Below are positions 62,900 to 64,000 of a stretch of DNA of 64,000 bases, in pieces (positions within the stretch are counted from its first letter, which is position 1; each line of letters begins with the position of its first letter). The stretch covers positions 17,910,711 to 17,974,710 of the forward strand of contig MU054187.1 in the NCBI GenBank assembly GCA_013239625.1. The letters are read 5' to 3'. Made by a program: the position numbers and the translations under genes. Below the pieces are notes generated by a model. The model had not been told where the DNA came from. It saw only the letters and a list, made by a program, of their open reading frames with translations, and made no database searches. Origin of the DNA: Lama guanicoe (taxonomy: Eukaryota).

Positions 62900-63760
62900 T
62901 TGAAAAAAATCTAGGGGTCTCAGATTGAAGATTCACAGTAAGCCCTGAGCAGGATAAATAAAACATTTACTCCTAGTCATTCTGTAACCAAAACCACTGA
63001 ATATCAAAGAAAAAGGGGAAATATAAAAAGTAATGCGTCAAAAGACAGATTATCTACAAGATAATACCAATGAGACTTCTTATCTGCAACTGTAGATGGC
63101 AGGAGACAACTAGGGGGGTCCTCAATGGGTTGAAGAGAAACCTTCATTGATTCAAATTTTATACTGGGCTAAATTATCATCTAAGAGAGATGCAAGAAGA
63201 AAGGTAAGTTAAGGTAAACAAATGCTGAGGCTGTTTCACCATTCATAGACTTTTGCCAAAAGAACAACTACTAGATATACTTCAGGAAGAAAGAAATTAA
63301 ATCCCATGAAGCAGTGGTGAGGGGGAAAAATGTTAAATATATTCAGCCATCCTTGACTGAATAAAAGATAAAAGCAATGATGATTTACTTGGAAGGATTT
63401 AATTATAGGTTGAACAATAATAGTAGATAATATGGGTTAAAGTGTTCTATAATTATTTTAGTTATTTGAGCAGTGGAAAGAGATAGATTGTTTAGATTTG
63501 TCAAGGAAATATAAAGTTTTAAAGCTAACCACCAAAAAAATGGAAATAAAACCAATAGCATCAAAAAAAAAAAGAAGGAAGGAAGAAAGAAAACTGGATT
63601 ATTGAACAGTAGGGTATTACCACAAAATGTTATTTCCCAAATATTATTTGTAATCAAGCTCTGTTGGTACTTTCCCCCCCTGCTCCTTAACAACATTCTG
63701 ACCTGATATATAAAATATATTATAAATGTCCAGCCAAATATAGCTTAAAATTTCAATATC
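62900..63760 (+). mobile_element. Degraded old L1 ORF1/inter-ORF region
   Basis: 'tctcagattgaaga...ccctgagcaggataaataaaa', 'caactgtagatggcaggagacaact', 'aaattatcatctaag'. Confidence 0.6.
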
Positions 63761-64000
63761 CAACTTGATTTCATCCCCCTCTTCCCTCTGTCTCAGGAAG
63801 GGGGCGCTCTAGTCTCCTTTGGGTCCAGTAGTCTAGACCCTTAGCCTCCTCTCCCGGTGGGGTCCACTTACTTGTCCAGAGATCGCCTTGGTGATGTTAC
63901 ACATTCTGCCTCCTCCTTTTACCTTTGAACTCCTTTTAGCTATGGGATCCTTTTCACTGAGGACCTCTTCTTCTGAGAGCATGATGTCCTAAAGTGGAGC

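Noticed and set aside
63793..63810. CTCF-like motif CAGGAAGGGGGCGCTCT
   Set aside because: Only the 3' half matches the consensus.

Overview
Mammalian non-coding genomic DNA, AT-rich and CpG-depleted, most likely from a camelid. That inference rests on one vic-1-like tRNA-derived SINE at 27411-27533 and the absence of obvious ruminant, pig, primate or rodent SINEs. I find no credible protein-coding gene, RNA gene or CRISPR array; the supplied ORFs are chance ORFs or decayed repeat fragments. Roughly half the window is layered transposon debris: L2, MIR, L1, ERV1/ERVL/MaLR LTRs, and hAT and Tigger DNA elements. The most notable structures are: (1) a truncated ERV1 provirus (5' LTR, Arg PBS, gag start) ending in an inverted copy of its own LTR start (35347-37232); (2) two MER41-like solo LTRs that each keep an intact GAS/STAT motif; (3) a near-complete ancient hAT (BLACKJACK-like) transposon with both termini and a CxxH transposase remnant (47616-51403); (4) a recent 154-bp non-tandem templated duplication inside a MER74-like LTR; and (5) a few repeat-poor, motif-rich candidate enhancers. 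Repeat family names come from remembered consensus sequences, not a database search, and many boundaries are approximate. I see no evidence of a new multi-gene biological system.
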